Source: Botryllus schlosseri
Lineage: Eukaryota
Direction: 5' to 3'
Length of the DNA: 64,000 nt
NCBI GenBank assembly: GCA_051294905.1
Contig: CM119371.1
Span: forward strand, 12,092,001 to 12,156,000
The position numbers and the translations under genes were made by a program. Numbering within the stretch: position 1 is the stretch's first letter; each line of letters begins with the position of its first letter. The notes under the pieces are model-generated. The model searched no databases and had not been told where the DNA came from. It was given only the letters and a program-made list of their open reading frames with translations. Positions 1-11,861 of this stretch are shown here, in pieces.

Positions 1-932
1 TGATCTATAGAAATGGGCAGTTGGGCGTCGGCCATTACCGCACCATGACGCGCCAAGACATATTAAGGTAAAGGCTATGCGAATCCAAGAAGTGCGTCAG
101 AACGATCAGCAGCGAGAAAACCTTCGGCAAAAAAGACTGCCACGGTGCTGACCGAAAACTTCGATATATACAAATATATGTGTAATTGTCCATGTCCATG
201 GGCGCCTATATGGCTGGCGCCGAATGTTCCTGTCCTGGCGATCCAAGTCCCACCAACAAGACAAATGCCATATCGAAGGAACATTATTTTCCAGTTAAGA
301 AATACCAATTTGAAATCGTGTACTTTAGTACGTTTTGGCGATTTCAATACTTTTTGACATAGCAGATAGGGGGTCACGAAATAGCGTCAGGTTACGAAGT
401 CATTATATCAACGGGTGCGCCCGAAGATGTTTTATTATTATTTAGAGGGCATATCTATTCCAACACACCTCACTGGATCAGCTCTACCGCTAAATCTGAT
501 TATGTGACCAGGTAGAGGATAAAAATTGACAGCAATATATATGCAATTCCCGGTCATATTGGCCGATGCAATCATAAATTATAGAAAAATTTCCGCGCTT
601 CGCGCGTTTAGGGACGCTACTAATAAATAGGCACCCAATGTACATGATAAGTACCGGAAGAAGCCTAGAGCCGCAGGTGGGTCTGGGGGGCGAAGCCCCC
701 CAGTAGTTAGTTTTATTACCCGATTGGAGGGTGGTTGCGCACTGTTGTCCAAGGGCCTGCGCAGTGAGTTGGTGTGTTTGCGCAGACTCTTGAAAAATTA
801 GAGGGAACATTGTTGGCACATCTATTTTGTGCATGCTATTGCTGTAGATCTATTTTGTGCACGCTATAGCTGTATCACAAGTAGTAACAGAAAATCCTTG
901 TTCGAAACACTGTTCTATATCCTTGTTTTGCA

Positions 933-2443
933 GATATTGATGACTGGCGACTTTTATTAAGCAACTGGATTTTCCAACTTAATCAGCAAATCTGCTGCAG
1001 CAGAAATTACTCAATCTGGGATATACTCCAACCTTGTTTTATGACAAAATGAATAGGGAAATGTCGCTGATGAATTCAACAGGACATGTCATTCCAGAAT
1101 TGCCTTGGATGGAAAGCATGTTATGTTGCAACTCGCAAGCACCCACCAGATCGACCATGTCTGGCTCAGTATTCTGCAATTATAAATAGTAAATTGGTAG
1201 TGTGCTATTCGTAGCACGGTAGATGATGTGACGCTTCACGTATGGTCGAGGTGAATGATAGTTCAGTATTTACCAATTCGAACTGCAACAACCATATTCT
1301 GTTCATATTGAAGCAGGAAATTGTTGTTTCACCAATTGATTATATAACAAAATGAATTGTTGAAGACAGCTGATGAATTCAACATGATATAACATTTCCC
1401 AGTTGCCTTGGATCTATAATGAAAACGCATTGATATTGCAGGAGTATATGGTAATTGACAATCTTCAAACCTACATGAACCTACTAACCGCAAGCAGATC
1501 TCATTGGATCTGGCTTTCATTCGATCAGAGGCAACCGCTGCGTAGCTGTTGCAGAGTTTTGCAATTTATACCGCCGATACAGCTGTGATACAGATGTGAT
1601 ACACCTGATTGCGGGACTATATGATAATATCCAACATTTTGTATTTCACGCCATATCAGGATACGATTAAGACTTCCGATTTCAATGATTACGAGTCTAT
1701 ATAAGCGCATGTTTAGTGGACTGGAGATGAGATTCATGTAGACCTACTCCATTAAAGTGTTACAATATGTTGGGAAGCAACAGCCGATTTTGGCTCAATT
1801 TTAAATTATAAAAAGTATATTAGTCTGCTATTAGCAGTAGCTGATTCTTCATCATACTCCAATTCTACTGAATTGTTTTATAGATTCTATGCCGTAGAAG
1901 AAAAAATTGTTCGCTATCACTACTTGAGACCAATTTCAATATGAAGTGTCAGAATGAAAATGAGTGCATTATACACATGTCTGTTTTGTTAATGTGAAAA
2001 CTGCTTTTATACTGCTCCTGATGCCGTGGTGGTGTGAATAATGAATACAATTGGATGTAGATTTGTTATTTACAGTCGTTCGACAACGTCAAAGGGGAAA
2101 CTGCTGGTAGGGAACAGTATACAGGTGAACAGATTGAATCACAATGAAATCCTACTGATATTGCAGTCTACCTAAAATATCATCAATTTTGAATAGGTTG
2201 TGTCTTTTTCGAATAGCTCATCTGTGGATAGAAGACGGTGATGCGACTTGACATGCAGTGACGGAAATTACTTAATAGATTCGACCAGCCTTCGACGGCA
2301 GCCTTCGACGAAGTTTGCATAGGTGCGCAATACTAGGCTTAGTGAATGGTAACCGGGAGCTGGAAATGTCCGTTTACGATGGAGCGATCTCGTAGGTCAT
2401 ACGTGGCTGCATACGATTTACGCCGGCAGTGTGAACTTCAGCT
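933..2443 (+). mobile_element. Decayed PIF/Harbinger DNA transposon (transposase pseudogene with internal duplication)
   Basis: Frameshifted translation gives Harbinger-type motifs in the expected order: IWDILQPCFM (~1015), NVADEFNRT..FQNCL..DGKHVMLQ..APTRS..GSVFCNYK (~1061-1186), YGR.NDSSVFTNSN (~1241-1283), a second FPSCLGSI..H (~1395-1430) and HV..GDE...RPY (~1708-1750). A putative right end, gtgtgaacttcagct, is at ~2429-2443. Many stops and indels. Confidence 0.75.
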
Positions 2444-2641
2444 TTGCTTCGCTTAGCTTAGCTGAGTTTAGCATAGCTTAGCTGATATTCAGTGTAATCT
2501 ACATAAGTAATTACATAGCCTCAGTTTATAGTTTCCAGCCAACATAGAGAATAGAGAAACGAATTTATAAGATGCAACACAGTACCCATTAACAATTTGA
2601 TATGGCACAATTCGAGCCTGCGCTAATGGTTGATGACTATA

Positions 2642-2998
2642 TAGGCTTACCATACGTCCCGTTTTAGGCGGGACAGTCCCGCTTTTTAACGTCTTGTCCC
2701 GGCGTCCCGACCAGTCAGCCAAACGTCCCGCTTTGTAAGGCCGGCGGGTATTTTGGAGTGAAAAACGGTGATTTTAGGTCTGAGCGGAAAGACGACCTTT
2801 TTTTTAGTCATCCACCCAGTATTGCGGAGAGAAAAACGGCATTTTGAGCTCTGAGCAAAAGGAAGACCTTTTTTTTTAGTCAACCGATCACAAAATGGGA
2901 TAAATTCACCGGTTTTTGAGAATTCTTCTCCGGTTTTGCTAGCCTCAGATTTCTGAAAAAGTGTCCCCCTTTTAGATTTCCAAAATATGGTAAGCTTA
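2642..2998 (+). mobile_element. hAT-like MITE (TAGGGTTACCATA family)
   Basis: TIRs taggcttaccata / tatggtaagctta; perfect 8-bp TSD tgactata (2634-2641, 2999-3006); GTCC-rich subterminal motifs. Confidence 0.9.
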
Positions 2999-3351
2999 TG
3001 ACTATATAAACTATATTCGGATTCAATTAAAAAAAAGATGTTTGGTTGAGGTATAAACAGACTACAGCAATAGACATTTTGCTGTTAAATTACATTACTA
3101 TACTAGTTTACGACAGCGTAGGCTGTGAAGGAAGAGAAGGACACAGTTCATTTTTGTCCTTGATGTTTTTCTGCGGCATATACACCGACTCATACACGCA
3201 ATCTGTGCATATGCATACCATGAGTGCATGATGTGCATATGCCGCTGGACAAGGAAGTGCAGATATAGCCTTTACGGCGTTCCAAGTCATGCACCACGCA
3301 AGCGGGGAAGTCATGGATACCAGCGTTACAAATCAGGTCTCTGGTCTGACC

Positions 3352-4553
3352 CAGTGTTGGGATCAAGTCAATACCTTCGAGTCACGAGTCATTACGAGTC
3401 ATTATACATTTTGACTCGAGTCAAGTCAAGTCACTCGATTTTTAGAGGTGACTGGAGTCAAGTCGAGTCGAGTCAAGTCAAGTCAAGTAAAGTCACGAGT
3501 CAAGTCACAATTCAAGTCAAGTTGCCCTTTCGAAGTATGAGGCACGCTTGTGTCATTGCATTTCACTAGCTGTTTGAAATACGGATTAAGTGGTCATTGA
3601 TTCTAAACAGATAAGCGATTATAGAGCTGAATCCACATGCAAGAAGGCGCTGTATCACTCACACATAGCCTACGTAGAAATGCTAAACTACGTAAGCAAT
3701 TGCACAGCCTCAGTTTATAGTTACCAGCCAAAATAGAGCGTAGAGAAACGAGTTGATAAGATGCAATACATTACACGTATACAAATTAATATGATGTGAT
3801 ACAATTCGAGGCTGCGCCAATGGTTCGGAACTATATAAACTATATTCGACTTCCATTTCAATAAAACAAGAGGTTTGGTTACGTCAGCGTAAGCTGTAAG
3901 CTTCGATCACTTCGTTTGCGCTCAACATATTTATGAGAGAACAACGGAGGCTCAGTAAAACGCGCGATCATTGAATGATTGGTCGCTCTCACGGGTTACA
4001 CAAGCGTTTCGTGAACAATCCGACCTTATTCAAAATACTGCGATTTTCATCGACATCTATTGCTTGATGATTTGACTAATTTTGGTCCGAGTCACGAGTC
4101 AATCCACATATCTGATTCGCCGAGTCAAGTCAAGTCAGTTTAGCATCCCAAAACTGGTCTGACCCGGCTGGGAATCGAACCCACGACCTACCGATAAAGA
4201 AGCCGGACGCTTCACCGTTACGCTATCTTGTCCGTGACCTTGGATCACTTCGTTTGCGGTCATTTTATTTGTGAGAGAACAATGGAGGCTCAGGAAAACG
4301 AACGATCATTGAATTATTGGTCGCTAGTACGGCTTACACAAGCGTTTCGCGAACAATTAGACCATAAGCAAGAGACAGTGATTTTTATCGACAGCGATTG
4401 CTTGATGATTTGAAATTGACTCGTGAAATTTTGCTCCGAGTCACGAGTCAATCCACATTTCTGATACGCCGAGTCAAGTCAAGTCATTTTAGCAAATTGA
4501 CGCGAGTCAAGTCAAGTCATACGAAAAAGGAGACTCGAGTCATCCCAACTCTG
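3352..4553 (+). mobile_element. hAT-like non-autonomous element with GAGTC/CAAGT arrays
   Basis: TIRs cagtgttgggat / atcccaactctg; internal ~240-bp duplication (~3906-4140 and ~4243-4490); an inverted copy of the same family is at 37768-40065. No clear TSD at this copy. Confidence 0.8.
4160..4232 (-). repeat. tRNA-derived SINE head or tRNA pseudogene
   Basis: The minus strand reads gacaagaTAGCGTAACGGTgaagcg...gtgGGTTCGATTCCcagccgggtca, giving Pol III A- and B-box spacing. The acceptor stem pairs only 4/7 and the anticodon arm is irregular, so it is not a functional tRNA. Confidence 0.65.
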
Positions 4554-5288
4554 TTACGAATCTCTAGCATTGTTTTCGACTCACTGACGCCATATTGGGT
4601 GTTGGCCATGACCACGTCAGAGAAAAGAATGATCTTTTGGAGAAAAAGTTTGACATATCGGCTCATAAAACACCCTAGATGACAACTACTCGCACAGCAA
4701 TTTGTGGCAAAATCAGAGGCTCTGCCGTGCGGAACTTCGTTTTAACCTAAAGCTATCTGAATCCAGATCCCGGAACGGTCACATTGATCGGAAAAGTGAT
4801 AGTCATTTATATCACCTTTGGTCTCCCTTCAAAATTGATGATGATCGTGAATCTAGAATAATGTGCAACTATTTAGAGAATAAATTGCGATCATCATTCG
4901 AACATTCATTCGAATTTGGAATGTAAAATGTCCAAATTAATCCATCGATAAAATCCAATGCTACTCATGGAGTACGATCTGTTGTAAAATGGTAAGATAT
5001 GCACAATACATACATTTGAAAGTCTCAAAACACATGGTTTGTGTTGGCAGTTGGTATTGAATGAGTGAATATTTTGGAATGCCCTGCTAGGCAATTTTGT
5101 TGTTGATTCATACACTCATTCAATATGAGCTACCATAATAGCTGAGACTTTATCAACTGGATAACGATGATTTTGTTCCATATTTAATATATTCAGCAGT
5201 CATCAGAGGGCTCCAAAAGAGACGTTTGAATTACCGTATACACATATCCGATATATCCATAAATTCGAGTATTGAATCTTTTATGTAG

Positions 5289-5530
5289 CAAGAGTCAATT
5301 ACGAAGATCTGATAAAAGCCGTCAACGACCATACCAAGAGAATTACATCAGTCAGCCTACTCGTCGGCTTCAAGCTGGAAGATCTTCATCAGCCCAGCTT
5401 CGCTGTTTACCCACAGATGTTGAATATTGACGTCACCCAGTCAACAAAATGGGCAGCGATCGCCCGGCGTATTTTGCGCATTCGATGTCAAAATGATACA
5501 CTTTTCGCATTTCAGCTGCAGACTCATTGA
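5289..5530 (+). pseudogene. Truncated NLR-paralog fragment (pre-NACHT segment)
   Basis: After the acceptor ttttatgtag, translation RVNYEDLIKAVNDHTKRITSVSLLVGFKLEDLHQPSFAVYPQMLNIDVTQSTK aligns by eye to gene A PLIEIINENAREMTSIRLFENEDHKLSHEPDFDISPQITVGIVSTKST. Similarity then ends and a stop follows at 5528-5530. Confidence 0.6.
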
Positions 5531-8039
5531 CCCTTTAGTTGTCGTTCATTAACCCTCTCGCTACTGCAGCTTACAACCGCTAGTAAACCTATCGCTACCT
5601 GAATTATTGTTGCTTTCTGGCAGATATATTAACCTTATGTTGCAAGACATCACAATTTGACAATGTATCTTCATTATCGTGTTAGTTATAATAAAATCCA
5701 CCACGAGCATACATTCAAAATACCGGTCAAATACAGACAGACAGTCATATAAAATGCATAAAACGACACTTCGATTTCAGTCGAGATACAGAGAGATGTT
5801 CTTTCCGGGACAAGTTTGATACAACTATTCTTGTTCGTGAATTGAAATGAAGACAAAATCTGGTTTATCAAACAAGTCTGTGCCTTGGCGGGAAGAATAG
5901 GGTCAAGGCAACGCGGAGCTACCATCAGCAGCCAGTGCACTGTGTGAGACGCTAACTTCATCCAGAGCCCAATTGTGAATGATAAAACCCGCGTTTGGGC
6001 TTGGCTTGGACTCTGATATCTGGGTAATTCCACTGGCCTCATATTAATCGATGTAAAGAAAGCGAGATATCATTAGTAGTGATATTCGACTGATCAAGGA
6101 CATTGTAGCTGCAGGCTGAACAAATGCTTAGAGAACGATATTTTATGAACTGCTGCCATCGCCAACGCTACATTTCTTTCAATTCACCATCAGACGTATA
6201 CGGATGCTTGGGCATATCGCAGTCACTTAATGGCTTCAGTCTCCATCGTAAAATAAAGGCTAAATATAGCAATAAAATATTTCGCAGATTAACTGAAATG
6301 AGTAATTTTAATCAAAAATTATTAGGAGATATAGTATTTGGTTGAGCAGTTGAAATGGTAACCGTTGTAATGATTATATTTAATAACTATGGCTTTGGCA
6401 AGCATTTATAAGAGAAGTATAATTGTGTCAAAAACTACAGTGACTACACATTTTTATATTTGAGAGACGCAGCACACTTTTTCTTATGTCCGCATTCAAA
6501 TCCACGTTTATTAAAATCTATCAACTGCGTTTGTGAAAACAGAAGGAGTTTTGATCAACATAAAAATTGGTCACTAGCTGCGCCCGATGTTTGCCGGTAC
6601 TTCATTCTGGATTCGCTTCTATGATGTTCCAATGAGATGGATGCAATGCTGCTGGATTCAAGGTTTTGAAATTACTTATTCGTTCATTTAAATATTATTT
6701 CAAAATAACTGGATACTAAGTCCAGCTAAGAAATGTAATCGATTTACGGATCTCACGAACTCTAGCATACTGTATCGAGTGATGTGCAAAACACGCATTC
6801 CTGATGTATTTAATATTTCAACGATCAATACATTCTTATTCGCAGATATATTAACTTGAAGCTTTTCAATCGACTTTCATCGAGAGCGACCGTCAATAAA
6901 TACGGATATTGCTTTTAGAAAGTTCAATATGAAATATATAGTTTGACGCAATACCGATTTAAAACACAATAAGAGGGTCACAAAACGAGAGTGCTGCGAA
7001 TTGGCGATAATACATAGCCAAAGCGCAGCATCAATGAAACACGTGCAGAGATTATAGCTGGCCCTTCTGTCGGAATAGAATAGGTTGTTCTAGTTTTATG
7101 ATAGTCTATACGATAACCTATAAATGGAAATGAGTCAAACACGAGCAGTATTAAAATCGGTTTCAACTGTAGGATTTTGCACACTGTGCGTTAGACCGTC
7201 CTAATCTATCGCAGAGTTATATGCCTAGGTTTCATAGGTCGGGTCATAGCCACGCCAGATAGGGTCATTAGTCTGTGAACTGAATAGTCGAGTCATGGAT
7301 CTTGATATAATTACTAATTAATGAAAAATTAATTTGACACGGATTTGCTGCAAATGAGTCAACGACATTGAAATAGCCTAGTGAAAGCGATGGTGATATA
7401 ATTATTTAAATATAATACTTTGAAGGCGTAAATCTGTTCTCCTTCTTTGGTAGCACACAGCGTGAAGTCGCGTGCTATCCGAAACTGCATGCCTTGGTGT
7501 GCTGTGTCGTGATGTGCCTACCTATATATAAATTTAGCTTTTTTTGAATAGGAGAGCTATGCATTTTAAAATCAAAATATTTAGCTACATTAAATCGAGA
7601 GGCGCAAAAAAAATTCCAGTTTGTTAGATCTCTCGAAAATACTGTATAATTTGTGTTGATTCATGGAATAATTTTGTTTGTCCTTCGAGATCGCTCCCCA
7701 TCCTACTGGGAGTTTTGGTTACGGCCCAGGCTAGAATACAGATCGTTGGTTTCGAGAAATCGTCAGCTTTAAAGTTGAGCAATGGATATATTATGACGTA
7801 AACAGCAAATTTACAAATAGAGTTGTTCTCTCATGCTATATATTCATCGCAATGGTTATATTGTCGTTCAATATGTGTTGAAAGATAATTTCTAAGAAGC
7901 AAAATAAATAAAACCGCGAAAAATCGTGATTACTTTTCCAATGTATTTTTTTTTTGTAACCGCAATCATTTTGTGATATTACTGATAGCTTTGCAGCATG
8001 ACTGATAAATGTTATCTATCTATGTTCATTATTGACTAG

Positions 8040-8090
8040 ATTTGGAACATTTTTGCATCAATCCGCCGGAAACGGAGAGGTCAGGTACAG
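8040..8090 (+). CDS. Candidate upstream micro-exon of NLR gene A
   Basis: tag| acceptor, 51 nt, open in phase 1-1 (DLEHFCINPPETERSGT), strong cag|gtgagt donor. Phase is compatible with the 10053 and 10431 exons. No homology support. Confidence 0.35.
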
Positions 8091-8120
8091 GTGAGTAACA
8101 TACCTACAAACCTGACGCGT

Positions 8121-8486
8121 GTAGTGTGGAGCATGGAGCCGGATTGGATATCCGACCGGATTTCCTCAATTTGGTCCTGAATCCAATTCGAGCCGGAACA
8201 GCAATTTTTCTGATACGGCCGGAGTCGGATCGGAGAGAGCTTAGTACTTTTTTAATGCGGCCACAATATTTATTTAAAAGCATGGCCTTTGTAATGACTA
8301 CCAACCACACGTCAGTAACCGCCAAGCCAGTGCGTAAACAAACGAGTCACATTTATAAATTCATGGAACCACCTTATCGCCGTAAGGCGGAGGATACTCG
8401 GACTTTTTTAATTTTTGGATTTTTCTGATACGGTCGGAGACGGATCGAAGTCAGACAGAAAAATGTGTCGATCCGCTCCCCACTAC
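8121..8486 (+). mobile_element. MITE-like element with CCGGA/TCGGA arrays
   Basis: Imperfect TIRs gtagtgtggagc / gctccccactac; repeated ccgga/tcgga motifs near both ends; no clear TSD. Confidence 0.6.
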
Positions 8487-9213
8487 TGTGATAGCGCAAG
8501 TTATTGTGAATAGCTTCGATCTATTAAGACTGGGAAACCCATATTCTTAGGCAGACAAATTAAGATCAGTTTTTTTGAGGTTCTGAAAGGCATTAATTCT
8601 GAATATGACCCTTTTTCAGATTAGTTCTTGTTTTAGCGGTAATCCAAAGGGCTATTTTGACTAGAATCTTATATTTTAGATGTATGGGCTGAGGAAAAAG
8701 TGCTTAGTCGTATTATAGATTTATTTAAATATTTAAATCTATTTGCTATTTTTATACACTGGCGACTGTTTTGAAACAAAATAAACCAACATCATTTTAG
8801 TCGAGGGTATTATATACATCCGAGTTGGAAACTTTCACGGATAACTTGTATATAAATAAACTCCAATTATATACGTATGTATCTTCCCAAATAATCAATT
8901 GACATGGCATTAATTCCATCAATTTTATGACAACCACCTATTGTATATAAGTTCAAAGTATTAAATAGCAATACAATATTTTTAATTAATCTTAAAATGA
9001 AATGGTTTATTGTTTGATTGTTTAATTTAGTGTATGGTCCAGTAAAAGACTCCATAATAAATTAATCTCATCGTCACTGATAAATTTCTTTTGTTGTTTT
9101 GATGTCTTGGCAGAACCTTTACCCTCCCTCTAATCTGGTATAGTGTGTAGTACGAAAGTTTGCACATCTCTGTATTAGCTGGTGACTGTTATAAAAGAGC
9201 CAAACTTCTTTTT

Positions 9214-9432
9214 TTAAAATCCCAATTCTAACAATACAAGAAAGGGTATAGGATTCCAATACCCAAGTGTTGGAAGTTTATCTAGGTTTCTCCTCGCCTC
9301 CTCATCCGGGTAAGCGGTGTCTCTCAAAATGCCTATAGTGGGCCGTGCTCTACGTCGGCAGTTACGGAAAAATGAAGGATATCGGGAGGGTGAAGATGAC
9401 CATAGTAGTCTACAGACACCATGAATACCCAA
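9214..9432 (-). mobile_element. CR1/L2-type LINE ORF2 C-terminal fragment
   Basis: The ORF ...LLWSS...RRRARPTIGILRDTAYPDEEARRNLDKLPTLGY resembles the post-RT consensus VWSP...QRRATK.I.GL.DLSYEERL..L.LPTL.Y of CR1-group elements. Confidence 0.5.
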
Positions 9433-10052
9433 AACAAAAATAGATATCGGTCATGTTTGAATGATTTTAAAATATTCGAGTATCCGTGGCTTGTCGACGA
9501 TATAAAAACAAATTACAACATAAAAAAAGGAATGATATTTCGAAATGAATGCTAATTCAACACTGAATATTACGAGCTGTGCCACAGTGAAACAAATTTT
9601 GCATGCCATCGTCAATAATGTGTTTGTATACCTTTAATGATTCTAATAAAGTCACTTTACTTTCGCTGTAACATATAATGTTCGAGTACTGTTGCAGTCG
9701 GAGTCGATTTCTGTGAGGAAATATTTGAAGTCGAAGTCGGAGCCACAGTCGGGTCGATGCTACAACTTATCGATTCCGCAAACCTGGTGATAATCCGACC
9801 ACCAAATAATGATAAACTAGCATACTAAAATCCACTTTACGAACGAAACTAAGTTGATATTTCATAGATATCCCTTGATGCGTTCTCACAGAATTTGTCA
9901 TAGTGAGTAGAAAAAGCAAAAAATCGACGGAACACCAACATTGCAACACTAATACATCTCATTGACGGCGGCGAAGATTGCATACTAATAGCCATGCCAA
10001 CCAGGCTGTATACCTTCATAACCAACAAATGATGAAATAATTATATTTGCAG

Positions 10053-10088
10053 AAAGAGAGGAAATGAATTCTGCGATGAAGGACGATG
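10053..10088 (+). CDS. Candidate 36-nt micro-exon of NLR gene A
   Basis: tatatttgcag| acceptor and g|gtgagc donor; open in phase 1-1 (EREEMNSAMKDD); in phase with the 10431 exon. Confidence 0.5.
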
Positions 10089-10430
10089 GTGAGCAATTAT
10101 TTTTCTTCGCGGGCCAAATGAGAAGCAGAAAATGCTTTGGCGTGCCGACTGCCGAGTCTGAAAAATTAGCTGTTTTGCCATGTGTATTAGTCTTATCTTT
10201 AAATTGAAGGTAGTGAATCTCAGTTGATATATGCTGGTCAGTGGATGTGTAGATATTAGGAAACGAGAAAGCAACGGTTAAACACCAAAAATTGTTAAGC
10301 ATAATACATTTTGCATAATTTTGCTTCATTGACTTCATTTTGAATCTGGTAAGTAAACGAATTTCCGTTTCAGTTCATACAACCTATAGTTTTAGTCCGC
10401 GCAGCCACATTGAAAATGTTTTGTGTTTAG

Positions 10431-11861
10431 ATCCCCGAGATTATCTTCGCGGAGGGACAGATCCATTATACTCAATTGGCCCACTGATCGAGATTATCAA
10501 CGAAAATGCTCGGGAAATGACATCAATTCGCTTATTCGAGAACGAGGACCATAAATTGTCCCACGAACCCGACTTTGACATTAGCCCACAAATTACGGTG
10601 GGAATCGTGAGCACCAAGAGCACATCTCGTAAGGGTCGTTGCGGAAGAGTAGAACTCGAAGCCCAATTAGCCACAATCGATGACATCATGGCACCAAGAT
10701 TCGTCAGGCAAGCATCAGCACAGTCTCAGGCAGTTAGTGTCACATTCATTGCTTCGCCAGTCGGTACGGGGAAAATCACTTTGCTTGGTAAAATAATTCA
10801 AAAAATTATGGAAATACGGCCCTACGATGAAGATATGCTTCCTAAAATGGTACACTATGTCCAGTTGAAGGATATACAAGAACATATGTCCATTAAAGCA
10901 TCAAGATTCCTATTTGGTGATTTAGACATAGCTGAAGAAGATGAGGATCGAGCTTTTAGACACTTAGTGGAACATCAAACTGAAGCAATTTTAATTTTTG
11001 ACGATTTCGAATCATCCAAATTTCTATTCGGTGGCTCTCGTAAAATGTCAGAAAAACTGTCAAATCAATCAATATCCATTGTCGATGGGCTCGATCAAGC
11101 AGGTCAATATTTTCGGAAAATAAAGGAGTATCAGACGGCAAGTACCTCAACGATCATGTACAACATCTTGGCTCGCAATATTCTTCGTCATGTGAAAATA
11201 TTCGTCGCTTCGCGTGAATTTAAAGCCTCGGACTTACCGATGATTGCCTGGCCGGAAAGAATTTTCACACTGAAGGGCTTCTCTATTCAAGACGCCAGAA
11301 GACTTTTCATATCCCTGCTCGGCAAGAACGGGAAAATAGTATGGGAAAAAATTCAATCTTCTTCTCCATGCTTACGCCAGCTAGTATCGGTGCCTGTTTA
11401 CCTAATTCTGACGGCAATCTTAATGAGAAGCGAACAAAACACACTTCCACCCACTACACTGACAGCATTATACCATCGACTTTTATTAAGCCTCCAAAGC
11501 GCAGAGAACGACATTCCTGAGATAACCAGAAAATTGAAAGCTCTAGCATTTAGAGGCATATGGGAAGGGAAGACTGTGTTCTACAGAAGTGACTTGAAAC
11601 AATTTCATGTTTTTCCCGCAGTCGTCCAATATTTATTGAAAAGATTTCCGAGCAGCTCTAATCTTAGACAATACGATGCAAAATTGGTCTTCCACTATCC
11701 TGGCATTCAGAAATTTCTCACTGCAAGTTTTGTTGCGGAAATGGCAACTGACAAGTTCTCTCGCTTCGATGACCAACATCTCCATGCCAAACGTTGGTCG
11801 GAGGTTCGGCGAATGGTCGCAGGAATCATCTTTTCCGAATTCACGAATGGACTTCACGCAG
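10431..11861 (+). CDS. Large NACHT-domain exon of gene A
   Basis: Part of ORF 10340-12055. Walker A-like FIASPVGTGKITLL, Walker B-like ISIVDGLDQ, sensor-1-like IFVASRE, TLKGFS, VSVPVYL (PxxC-like), TLTALY, LKALAFRGI and FHYPGIQKFLTA (winged-helix FxHxxxQEFLAA-like). Donor gcag|gtcagg at 11861. Confidence 0.88.

Noticed and set aside
4160..4232. Functional tRNA gene
   Set aside because: The acceptor stem is poorly paired and the anticodon arm is irregular; it is embedded in a repeat.
3228..4682. ORFs rich in RVKSS/SQV (also near 57261-57970 and 55792-55995)
   Set aside because: These are translations of GAGTC/CAAGT or AATTAC repeat arrays within MITEs.
9114..9137. Micro-exon of gene A after a strong polypyrimidine acceptor
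   Set aside because: It contains an in-frame TAA in the phase needed to join the other exons.
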